Origin: Hyphochytrium catenoides
Lineage: Eukaryota > Protista > Hyphochytriomycota
Direction: 5' to 3'
Assembly (NCBI GenBank): GCA_900088475.1
Contig: FLMG01001247.1
Span: 1-33,014 of the forward strand
Length of the DNA stretch: 33,014 bases
This document shows, in pieces, positions 22,915-33,014 of the stretch. The translations under genes were made by a program, and so were the position numbers. Under the pieces are notes generated by a model that saw only the letters and a program-made list of their open reading frames with translations, was not told the DNA's origin and did not search any database. How positions within the stretch are numbered: position 1 is the stretch's first letter; each line of letters starts with the position of its first letter.

Positions 22915-25622
22915 ATGGCGAGAAGGCTGTCGAGAAATAAGGACAAGGATGGCCTTTCAGCGGGTGACGGCAAGCACGAGACGAACCAGGATAAGTCACG
23001 CTGGATTGGCACTCCTTACCACAAGATGAAGGCACAGGCCTTCTATCAGGAACTCATGATAGGAGGCGAGGTTTTTGCCCAAGGTGATTGCGTCCTCGTC
23101 CTCTCTGATGACCCTGCTACTCCCTATGTGGCAAGGATTGAGCGTCTCTTTGAGGACGTTAGACATGAAAAAAAGTTTCGCGGCCGCTGGTTCTTCAGAA
23201 AGCAAGACGATTCAGCGCTAAAGCACAAGACCAACGTGCTTGAAAACGAGCTGTTCCTCTCGGATTGCACTGATGTCAATTCTATAGACAGTATCATCAA
23301 GAAATGCACAGTGGTCTATCAGAGCCCGGAACTAGGATCCAACAAAAGGGAAGTGCTAAAGAACCGGAAGGATAAGTTTATATGTAGGTATTTCTTCAAA
23401 CCCCAGACGAAGGGCAAGCTTCTTCCGCTTACGCCCGAGTGGCTACAGACTCCTCCGCCACCAAAAGTAGATCAACCCCTGCCTGAACATATAGAGCCCT
23501 CTCGCGCCTCTCCAGTTGATGCTCAGGAAGGAAATTTGAGAGTAGGGGACAGCTCGCAGTCGAGCCGAAGACCCGGACGGTCTGTTCTCACGGAAGAGAG
23601 CATGTCCAAAGCCTCAGCTAGGATTCCAGCCGTCTCTGGTCCTTCTCCAAAGCAAGGGCCTGCTGTAGGAGAAAAAAGGAAGGCTCAGTCTCTTCCTGAC
23701 TCGCAACAGAGACTTGATATCAAAGGTAAAAGCGCAAGTGAATCCAGAGCCATCAGTACACCTTCCGCCGATGCTGCAAAAAAGGCACGGTTCACATCTC
23801 ATCCATCTACGGCAAGTAGTAGTAGTAAGCAAGACTCCACAAAGAAAGCTTCTGGAGCAACTGAGAAAAGGCCAAAAGCAATTCCTGCAACTATCCAGCA
23901 GCCAATCTCTGTTCCTCCAGTTCCAGAACGCAATGCGGCTGCTGAAGGCCAAGGACAGCAGAAGAGCTCCAACACAACCAGCACTTCTAATGGCAGTGAC
24001 AGACCATCAGGCGCAGCCTCTGCGTCAAAGGACACATCATCGGAGCACACACTTTCCATTGCAGCGCCCCGAGGAGCTCTTAACATCGAGCCCTCCGTCT
24101 CCTCCCCGCCATTGTCACCGCGCCTTTGGGTAAGAAAGGAGGAGGAGGAGGTAGCTCCTGAGGTGACCCAACCTACTAGGAGCAAGCGTGCTTCTACCAG
24201 TGCCAGCACAAAGTCAAGCTACAATCTGCTGCAACAGAGACATCTGGAAGCGGAGCAGGAGCCTGTTCCAGAAACTCGAATCGGCCCGGATTATCAAGCT
24301 GAACTGCCCAGCCTGCTTCCTACGAAACCTAAGCCGCCCACCGGGAAAGATCTTTCACTGATTTGGTCTGCAGAAGAAGGAGAGAAGCTGTCTCCATCTG
24401 AGAATGTTAGTCGATACCTGCACGCTGCAGGCCTTAGGCGGAAATTTCTTGAAGGGCAATATGTTTGGGGTGTCTTCAACGGAGAAGAGACAGGAACTGG
24501 CATTGTCACCGCAATCAGGAGTGAAGGTTCGAGCGTCAAATTAACAATCAAGTCGATGTACCCCGTCTTTGGTCGCCTCTATGGAGAGATTGACTCAAGT
24601 CAAGTCGCAAGGACCTTACCTGAGGTTGAGGCATTGGAGTTCCTGCACACTCGGGGCTATGATATCTCCAAGGCCTTGGCTGAGCTCCCACCAGACATTC
24701 TGGACAACTCTAAGGAGCTTCAGATTAACCTTCTAAGGTGCTTATCCCAGCAATTCGTCCTTCAGGGGCAGCTCGCTCTCTTACAGCCTGGCTCGCTCTT
24801 CATCCATCTCCTCTAGCTTCGTACTACTCGCTGCACATGGTGTTCAAATACAGTCTTTGACCTTCCTTTCAGCCTTGCCATCGGTACAAACGAGGTTGTT
24901 ATGTAGGACTAGCGACTCTCATCTCGTCTATTTCTGACTCCTCATTCCACTCTGATTGACCCTTGATGTCACGCTATGTTGCGCAGAACGAAAAAGAAGC
25001 CAGTAGAGGGTGACATTATCGGTTTGAAAGGCATGGACCAAGGAGCGCCGAGATCACAAAAGAGGAGACGTCCTGAGTCTTCTGGCAGCTCAGGCTCAAG
25101 AAGGGAGCCACGAAGCAGGGTCCCCACGCCAGTTAGAGAGGCACCGCCCAGTGAGGTGGTCCCTCACCATGTTAGAAGTCCAGTTAAACCCACTCCCACG
25201 GTTGTTGAAACAAATTATGCTAAGGATCCAAGGTAGAGAAGTGCCTGCTCTAGTAGATGAGATGTCACACGTTACTCACGCAGGTGACCTGTTACGTCCT
25301 TACAGCGTCGATGATGGATCTACAGATGTAGCAAAGCAGTATCTGAACCGGTAAGGATCCTTAACTCTAGTGCCCGGACAATACCGCCCCGCTCGTCCTG
25401 CCTTGATGCTAAATCTCTGTTCTTTGTCCTCCTAACAGTGTCAAGAAGAGACTGGGAGACCATCGGTTCCTGTACAAGCAGTTCCTTTATACATTGAGAG
25501 ACTTCGACAACGGGATTTTGACCTTAGAGCTCTTATTTCTGAGAGTGCGTCGGCTCTTGGATGACTATGACGACCTTCTTTTGGAGTTCCAAGAATTCTT
25601 CCCCTCGCCAACAGCTGTGTAG
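22915..25622 (+). CDS. BAH-ELM2-PAH domain chromatin protein
   Basis: Exons 22915-24737, 24987-25232, 25306-25350 and 25439-25622, all GT-AG and in frame. BAH: GDCVLV...PYVARIERLFED...RWF...NELFLSD..D.NSIDSIIKKCTV...FICRYFF. ELM2: ETRIGPDYQAELP...LIWS...EALEFLHTRGYDISKALAEL. PAH: AKQYLNRVKKRL...YKQFLYTLRDF...RVRRLLDDYDDLLLEFQEFFP. Further 5' exons are possible (in-frame acceptor at 22890). Confidence 0.88.
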
Positions 25623-25852
25623 TTTAAATATCAGTAGTTATTAGTATGAGTGAACTGTTATCTAGCTTCCTTCTTGGGTACATCGGACACCGTCCCTGAA
25701 ACTTCCCTGGTCCTTGTAATTCTTGTGGCTGGGTGCTCATTTACTTCTGAAGATAAAGCAGCAAGCATCATGAACATTTCAATGCGCTCCGTTCTCTTCT
25801 TCAAGGGCTTGCCTTGGAATCGTATTCCTGCGTGCTGAGTTACGTGTCTCTT

Positions 25853-26454
25853 CTACACTTTGGGTTTACTCTTCTCGAACTGCAGCTTGCATTGAACATA
25901 GCTCGCACCCGTACCAATCCCTGTACCGAACGAAGTCACTGCTACTCTGCCTGCTCTGGAGCCTGATTGAGTGCAGAGACGTGCGGTGTCAACCGGCCGG
26001 TAGCAGCATGAGCTTCGATGCAGAATAAGCAAAAGAGTTGATAAAGAACATGAACTGAATGGATAGGCGCATAGGAGAGAATATCAACAGGTCAGGAGAA
26101 GGCCAGTCATATTTGGTTGAATAAAAATACAGAGGTGCCAGCAAGCACTGTACAGGCAAGTAGGAGCTTAACTGCCGTAACCAGCGAGCTGAATAATAAA
26201 GAATGTGCCAAGAATGGCCGGAAGAGAGAGCAGCTGTGGACTGAAAGATTCTCTATCAGGATTCGGCAGGAGGCAGCGCTGTGTGGAGCCAGATCAGCTA
26301 CAAAGGGAACCGAGTAAACCTTACGTGCAAGAACAAGGGCGGAAAGTCCTGCAGCAACAGTGCCTATAGAGACGTTGTATGCCAAGCTCTCGAGGCACTT
26401 GTCCCACGTCGATGAGATAATCTCTTCACTCGGGAGTTCCTTCTGTGGAGCCAT
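25853..26454 (-). CDS. MIC10: MICOS complex subunit Mic10
   Basis: Exons 26454-26325 and 25962-25853. WDKCLE is followed by two Gly-rich helices, including FGTGIGTGASYVQC. Confidence 0.9.
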
Positions 26455-27186
26455 CCTTCGCCAGTTCCTAATATATCTAGCCGCACTATTTGTTAGGCTC
26501 TCTGCTCATCAGTCTCTGTACAGAATATGTGCTTCTTTCTGGAAGAACAAGTCGGCCCTACCTGTGTTGCAGCTACTTCTGCTACTCTGCGGTATCTGCT
26601 GTGGTGGCGTGACCTGTGGTGTTCGACACTCGGAGCTTACAATCGCGGAAGCGGAGCAGACAGCAATGGACGAGGAGCTTGATAATTGCAGGAGACGACC
26701 CTTTAACGGAGCTGCTTCTGATGATGATGATGATGGACAGATGAAGAGCAAGGCGCGGACGAGAAAATCTTGAACAGATCTCAAGCTCTATAGCAAGGAC
26801 TCCGACGATGGCCAAGTCAGGAGAGAGAGAGGCGGTGGCGAGTGACTGGGGACAGTGACAGAGTGACAGAGATCAAGACAAGAAAGACTCGAGAGAGAGA
26901 GGGGGAGAGAAAGTGAGACAAAGCGAGGAGTAGTATTTACTAATGATAAAGTGAGACAGAGACCATGGAATAGAGACAGAGCAGCAGAGGGAGAGGAAAG
27001 GAGGATTATCGGGAAACTTATTGTCCAACGTCGCAGGTATTACTATAGTTTTCGGGCCTCATTTCTTAAAGAAAAAGATGATGAGAACGCTAATGTTTGA
27101 GTATTACTATTCCAAAATATATAAACTTCAGAAACTTTTATTTGCCGAAAAGCCGTGTGAAGGCGATCGAGCAGTGATCAGAGCTC

Positions 27187-27234
27187 GGCAGGACGGCAGG
27201 ACGGCAGGACGGCAGGACGGCAGGACGGCAGGAC
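27187..27234. repeat. (GGCAGGAC)6 tandem octamer with degenerate copies downstream
   Basis: Six perfect copies followed by ggctgggcaggacgg. Confidence 0.95.
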
Positions 27235-27641
27235 GGCTGGGCAGGACGGTGCCGAGCGACGGCAGGAGGAAGCAAGGACCAGGACCAGGTTTCAGGAGGA
27301 CAGAGCCGAGCAAAGTCTCACGACAATAGGTCTGCTTCTCCATATCCTGCATCCTGGAGGAACCTCCCCAGCACTAGAGGGATGCGTAGTGGATAGCTCC
27401 TTTATCAGCAGCATTGCTGGCAGCTGTTGGCGAGAAAAGTCTAGGAGACTGGCGCTTAGCTCGCTGCATCTCCTCTTTAGGTCCTAAGCTTTGTCTAGCC
27501 AAGCTACCCTCCTTGGGCGATATTGAGTCCAGACCCGTAGATAGATTAGGTCCGAAATAGATCATTCATTGTACTTCTAGACCCTTGGTCTGCCGTCTTG
27601 GGTCTGTCCTCTTCCTCTGGAATACTCTATCACTGGTTCCA

Positions 27642-28168
27642 ATGACGTCAAAACCCGAGAGAGAGAATGATCCGAAGAAGGACGATATCAACGTTGGCCA
27701 ACTGACAGTCTATCAGAAGGATGTGCCCAAGGAGGTTGAGGATCTCTGCGTTAACGCCTCTACCAACGCCCTGAGATCCTATTACAAAGCAGAGATCACG
27801 CACTTCGATGAAATCGCAGAGGTTCTGAAGACGGCGCTGGAGAAGCATCAGCAGGGCGCTTGGCATGTAGTTGTCGGCAAGAACTTCGGTGCATTTGTGA
27901 GCCACGAGACGAAAAGGTGAGGGTTGACAAGCTTAGACCGACCACTTTGTTGAGGTCGGTGAGGAGACTGAGAGTGATTGCAATCCTACGAGGGGATCAA
28001 TAAGGTTGCAAGTGAAAGATTAAGGAAGAGATCGAGTAAACATACAAGAAGAAGGACAAAGAATTGAGAGAAGATGCAACAGCTAACATTTATTTCTTTG
28101 CTCTTCTGCGCAGTCTCTTCTACTACGCCATTGGGCACGTGATCTTTCTGGTGTACAAGCACGGCTGA
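27642..28168 (+). CDS. Dynein light chain, LC8 (type 1) family
   Basis: Exons 27642-27916 and 28114-28168. IAEVLKTALEK...WHVVVGKNFGAFVSHETKSLFYYAIGHVIFLVYKHG. Confidence 0.92.
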
Positions 28169-28425
28169 CCAGCAGTGGTGTGCAGCAGAGGGCGCCGCCA
28201 AGAAAGCTCGACACCACTTCTTAGCCTCCTTTTTCACCCATAGCAATCTGTAACATGTGCCAAAGTCTATTTTCTGGCGCTGACCCCTCCCAGATGAGAA
28301 GTGAACTGAATGTGGGTCGCTTCTCTTTATAGCTATGAAAATAAAGCAGAGAAGCAGAAGATCCCCCTACTGTCCAGCATAAAGATAGAGAGAAAGAGAA
28401 AGAGGGAAAAGGGCAAAGACGAGAA

Positions 28426-28449
28426 CAGCTAGAGTGGCAGCTAGAGTGG
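28426..28449. repeat. 12-bp tandem duplication (CAGCTAGAGTGG)2
   Basis: Perfect two-copy repeat in a convergent intergenic region. Confidence 0.9.
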
Positions 28450-28717
28450 CCACTATGTTTTCCTTCGTTGACAGCTGATCGCTGAATAAAGCACCACGCT
28501 CAGGAGATCCTCATCTCGTCCAATGCCACCTAAGTCCTCCTCTTGCTCCTCAGCTAAGCCGGCAGTGTCGAGGCAGAAAGAGAAGGCAGAAGATATCTAA
28601 AGAAACAGGAGAAGAAGAGGCGGAGGGGCAGGGGGATCTCAGCAGAAAAGCATGAGCAGAGCGCACGCTAGACAAGCAACGCACAGACGCCTTCTGCTTT
28701 TTAGAGTCCGGTCTCTG

Positions 28718-29449
28718 CTACCGGTAGGCAGGGTCGTTGTGTACAGATACATCTAGACATTTGCTGAGAATTTCATAGTCTGCCGTATCATCTCCGCACC
28801 GACTTGGGGAGCTTTCGTCGATCTCATAGGCTAGCTTGTCTTTGTAGAAAGACAGAGCAGCCACGTTAGCCTTGAAGACAGTCAATAGGAGAAACTTCAT
28901 TCCTAGAGCACGACCAATCCTCTCCGTACAGCTCATCAGCCATGACCCTAGCCCGCTACCTCTCCATCTCTGTCCTACCTGGATCTCATAGAGATATAGA
29001 ACTTCATACTGGTTCTCCACGAGGAAGCGGAAGTGCACAAAGGCAGCTAAGCCCGTGCTTGCGCTTGCTTCTTCTCCGGTTTCTTCTGTCAAGCCGTGAA
29101 CGAGCAAGTAACGAGCATCTGTATGGAAGAGCTCCTTGGTCTTTGCATGGATGTCCCAGCCCCATTGGCTGTGAACGTAGAAGTCTTTCATATTCGCTGT
29201 GAACAGGTCGACAATTGCGCCTCTTTCCTCTGCACTCAGTGCGTTGGCGGTTTTGAAGCTGAGTTGTAGAGTGTCCCCAGGAAGCGTCCTGCAGAGGTTC
29301 TTCCACTCGTCAGGGCAGATGGCAGACATCTGCAACGGGTCAGCCACCGCCGCCGCTACCTTCACGCGGTTCTCTTTCACCTTCTGCAGCGCCGCGGATC
29401 GCCCTGCACTAATGCCTGGACCAGGCCGTTTCTTCCTTGATCGTGGCAT
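28718..29449 (-). CDS. NAA40: N-alpha-acetyltransferase 40 (NatD), intronless
   Basis: NMKDFY..SQWGWD...K.KEL...ARYLLV; AFVHFRF...VLYLYEIQV...RGSGLG..LM; LTVFKANVAALSFY...IDESSP...YEILSK. Confidence 0.92.
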   Translation of the reverse strand: MPRSRKKRPGPGISAGRSAALQKVKENRVKVAAAVADPLQMSAICPDEWKNLCRTLPGDTLQLSFKTANALSAEERGAIVDLFTANMKDFYVHSQWGWDIHAKTKELFHTDARYLLVHGLTEETGEEASASTGLAAFVHFRFLVENQYEVLYLYEIQVGQRWRGSGLGSWLMSCTERIGRALGMKFLLLTVFKANVAALSFYKDKLAYEIDESSPSRCGDDTADYEILSKCLDVSVHNDPAYR

Positions 29450-29480
29450 GGCTTCAGGGTTGGTTCTGCTTCTTACTTTA

Positions 29481-29528
29481 TATTCAACGCATGCGAAGCT
29501 CTGGTATTCAACGCATGCGAAGCTCTGG
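29481..29528. repeat. 24-bp perfect tandem duplication (TATTCAACGCATGCGAAGCTCTGG)2
   Basis: Two identical copies about 30 nt upstream of the NAA40 ATG. Confidence 0.95.
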
Positions 29529-29985
29529 ACACGTTGGACTCTGGCGTTGGACTGCGACAATCGATCAATCTCCGTCTCTATAATCTGCTGGTGCGCCGGT
29601 AGATCAGCGGAGTATCCTTCTTAGGAGTGTGTGTCTTTATTCTGGTGAATGTAGTCCCGAATGTAATACTTTCGGATGCCGAAGTCATCAGAATCTCTAG
29701 AGAAAGATATCTCTGTGAACTCTCTCTCTGTGTATTTCATAAGGGTTCTGATTCTCTGTCTTTGGTCACCGCATCAACCGATGTGGATCTTCCACGCTCT
29801 GTTGCAAGCTGACCCTGCCCCGCTCGTCACTTCAAGTCAGAGGAAGAGACTCAGGTTAGGACGGGGACCGTACGTAGAGAGTGAAAGAGAAAGAGACACC
29901 GGGAGAGCAAGCAGACGGAGAAGGGCATAGAAGGGGACACACGGTAGTGAAGGGTGAGCAAGAGAGGCGGCGATCTGAGAGCGTC

Positions 29986-32266
29986 ATGGAGACAGACCTT
30001 GACAGAGTGAGGCGATGGATTGCAGATGGCGTCCTGTTTCACCCGCTGGATGCAGAGCATGTGAACTCCGTGGACTTGTCCAGGGTACGCCATCTCGTGC
30101 ATTATCAGCTCATGATCCTTATTTCTGCTTCTCCCTTTCCTCATCTCTCCTATACCCTGACCTATATCCCTCACTGCCGGTGACCTTGGCCAAACGGTTT
30201 CTTTGTTGCTGAAGAGTGGAGGGCACTTATTGCCTCTGTCGCATCATTGCTCCTCTCCCTACTTTAGGCAATTGGGCTCTGTAATGGAGTGCCTTTCACT
30301 GCTGAGGAGAGGGAGAATCCACGTTTTTCTAAGGTTCAGGAGCTTCACGACCTTATAGTTCGAGAGGAAGTAACAGGAGGAGCATTGGAGAGCAACGACC
30401 GTGCAGGTTATTATCCTAGTGGACCCCTACTCCTATACCTTTTTCTCTTCAGCTGCTTGATCTATTCCTTTCTACTTTCCTTGCCGCCTCGAATGCCTAC
30501 GTGCTCGTTCATCTGGCTACTCTTGCACACTTGTTAGCCTGTCTCTGTGTATATGTCTTTTGCTGGTATGCTTCTCTCGGGGGAGTGTCTTTCCCTTAGT
30601 GCTCACATCTTCTCTATTTTACCTTTCAACCCTCGTGTGTCTCCAACCCTCAATCTCGCAATTGCACTTCCCCGGACACGACTCCCTCTTTATGCCTTTG
30701 CCCTCTTTCCTATTCCCTTGGTTGCCGAATGTAGAGGGCGGGGCTGAGCCGCTTGACTTAGCGCTGTTGGTCTTGGACGGTCTGGGAATGAATATACTTG
30801 AGAAGTTTCTTCCTCCCACTTCATTCCTCCGCCGCCATCTGGTTCGCCCTATCCGCTCCGTGATGCCGTCAACCACTGCAGCGGCACTGTCGTCTCTCAA
30901 CACTGGCTTCTATCCTTCTCAGCACGGAGTGATAGGTTGGACAATCTCAGTCTCTCCTTCCCACTCCTCGGAACGATCAAAGCGGGAGAGAATCGATCCT
31001 CTTCCCTGGTACAACGCCACCACGGACCAGCCTCTCTCTCCTGAGAATGTGGATCCAGCCAAAGTATTCTTTGCGCGGCCTACAATCAAAGAGCGATGGG
31101 TGGGAGTGGACACGTGGGTCGTGCATGCCTATGCAGGTAGTCCCTTCAGTAACTACATCACTTCGGCGCAGTGTGTGCCGGAGAAAGCACCGCGGGCAAG
31201 CCAGGAGAGACTTAAAGGGCCATCAGTTCTTGCCGAGTCTCCGTCACCTCTTATCATTCCGTGCAGCACGCTGCCTGCCTCCTCTCTGGAGGAGGCCCTT
31301 GCCCAGTTGCTGACAATATGGGAGCAGTCAGTGGCACAAACTAAAAGTGAGGAGACGGGGAAGGGACAGAGCTCTGATACGCAGTCTTGCACTCCGTCCC
31401 GCGTGCGCTCTTATACTTATGTATATGTCTCTGACCCAGACGCCACCGAGCACCGGTGTGGAGTCTTCGCCGAAGAAGTCCGTCATATTTTAGAGCACTT
31501 TGACCGTGTCTTAGAGAAATTTTGGACGGAGCGCTTGGCTCCTCTAAGGGAGATAGAAGGAGGGAGGCAGAGGCTCATTATCACTGCGGATCATGGCCAA
31601 GTGGACGCTCACCCCATTCTGGACCTTCATCCGAAAGTGAATGAGCTCTTACTCTTCCCTCCGACTGTTGAGAGCCGCACTCCATGCTTCCACGTCCAGC
31701 CAGGCAAGGGTGAGGAGTTCGCTAAGAGATTTAGAGAGATTTACGGTAAGCATTCCAGGACAAACATGATCAGTTGTCTTAGGACCCATGGGAACGCTTT
31801 CCCCTCTCTCTGCGGTCAACCACTCTTCCCTGCTTATATGACTACCGTCTCTCTGCTCTTTCACACAACCCTTCTGCATGCCCACTTTTGCATAGACAGC
31901 GATGGTGTCTTTCCTTGCCCAGCAGCAATGGTTGTCACTCCGCTTGGGCCATAACTCTTCATCTCTCCAGGGTCTAGTCCTTCTCTTGCCTCATTTACCT
32001 CTTGTCGAAATGGAAGGTGATCTATACTAAGCCGCCCTCACACAGGGGATCACTATGCTCTCCTTACTGCTGCGGAGGCAGAGCAGTTGGAGCTGTTTGG
32101 TCCTTCTCCTTGGCACCCAGAGGCACGGGCTAGGACAGGAGACTTCGTGGCCCTCTCTTCGTCTCATTCTGTACTCAACTGGTTTCGTGGTGAATATCCC
32201 CTAAAAGGGTGCCACGGCGGGATGACGAGAGCGGAGGTGGAGGTCCCTTTGATAGTCTTGAGATAA
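29986..32266 (+). CDS. Alkaline phosphatase superfamily enzyme (type I phosphodiesterase/nucleotide pyrophosphatase-like, prokaryotic type)
   Basis: Exons 29986-30084, 30268-30406, 30735-31745 and 32046-32266. Metal and nucleophile motifs: LVLDGLG, SVMPSTTAAAL...TG.YPSQHG..GW, DPDATEH, ITADHG, RTGDFV, GCHGGMT..E..VPL. Confidence 0.9.
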
Positions 32267-32982
32267 CTGACCGCTCTATTCTTTCCTCTGAATGGCCTCT
32301 AGCCTCCCCTTCTCGCTCTCCATCTTTCCGCTTCGATGTCTCGAGCTCTTCTGCTCTACTTTTTCTAAATATGAGTTTGCTGTCGGCAACAGAAGAGTGT
32401 ACTCTCTAAGGTTGGGCGGCCATGGCGAAGTGTTGGTCGCTATTTGTGAGAGCATTGATGACATTCTTGTGCTGTCTGGACGAGTACTCGTAGCTCACCT
32501 TACGTCAAAGTAACCGCGAATCGGCTTTTTCCATTGACTCTCTCTTATGCTCTTATTGTTGTCACTTATTTGCCAGAAAGTTTCTCTCTCTCAGCGTGCG
32601 CGTGCTTCCTCTTCCGCCTTCTATACCCTTTGGGCAAGCGCTGCACGTGTTCTCATCTCATCACTCTCACACATTCCTCTGAGAGAATTCGACGCAGATT
32701 TGTCGGCCCTTTACCCAGGTCCACATGCTTCTCTTCTCCTTGCTGCCCCGATTGCCCTCTCCAAAGGCTGCGGAGTGTGCGCCCTAACTTCATGAAGAAG
32801 CCCACAGACCGCAGAGGCTTCAACAACTTTCTGAAGCGACATGGACATCTTCCTCCTGGTCATCATAGTAATAAGGAATGCCAGTGGCAGCGTTAATCCC
32901 TAGCTGCCTTATAATAGTGCCCGGAGTAGTAATAGACACGACGATAAGAATCTCTATAAGGAAGATTTATTTTGCAGGTCGT

Positions 32983-33014
32983 CCTCTCTTCCTTTCTCTT
33001 CTCTCTCTCTCTCT
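32983..33014. repeat. CT-rich microsatellite at window end
   Basis: Pyrimidine tract ending in (CT)n. Confidence 0.85.

Noticed and set aside
23614-24551. Long antisense and alternate-frame ORFs
   Set aside because: They are shadows of the low-complexity linker of the BAH-ELM2-PAH coding exon.
27187-27250. CRISPR-like or telomeric array
   Set aside because: There are no spacers, and the unit is a simple internal octamer unlike typical telomere repeats.
27430-27585. RNase P/MRP RNA (GAGAAAAGTCTAG pairing with TTCTAGAC)
   Set aside because: The spacing is short, and the other conserved regions are not recognisable.
29450-29560. N-terminal extension of NAA40 in the ORF track
   Set aside because: It has a non-ATG start, and the repeated QSFACVEY simply reflects the 24-bp duplication.
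1-33014. Alternative genetic code or stop-codon reassignment to explain the broken ORFs
   Set aside because: The conserved genes splice into clean standard-code frames and use TAA, TAG and TGA as true stops. The broken regions also contain frameshifts.
1-33014. tRNA, rRNA, snRNA or C/D snoRNA genes
   Set aside because: I found no cloverleaf or known snRNA motifs by eye. TGATGA hits lack a suitably placed D box and terminal stem. A covariance-model scan is needed to exclude them fully.

Overview
Gene-dense eukaryotic nuclear DNA. It uses the standard code and short GT-AG introns, often with CTAAC/CTGAC-type branch points. A stramenopile-like protist is my inference from protein style, not something proven here. 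I rebuilt eleven protein genes by hand-splicing: a 7TM-RGS protein (-), a TPT/SLC35E transporter (+), sideroflexin (-), a bacterial-type long GST ending in a peroxisomal ARL signal (+), a 21-exon glucosidase II alpha subunit (+), SmD2 (-), a BAH-ELM2-PAH chromatin protein (+), MIC10 (-), an LC8-type dynein light chain (+), NAA40 (-) and a bacterial-type alkaline-phosphatase-superfamily enzyme (+). Two microsatellite-rich islands (about 1-4300 and 17700-21800) hold decayed membrane-protein reading frames. The most novel-looking item is the 22915-25622 protein. It is an MTA/RERE-like BAH-ELM2 scaffold with a Tudor-like insert inside ELM2 and a Sin3-type PAH domain where SANT is normally found, and the PAH domain is only visible after splicing. 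Other leads are the 7TM-RGS gene with an apparent 1-nt frameshift, two probable bacterial gene transfers, a TACnnGTA intergenic motif and near-strict strand alternation. All family calls come from motif recognition; no searches were run.
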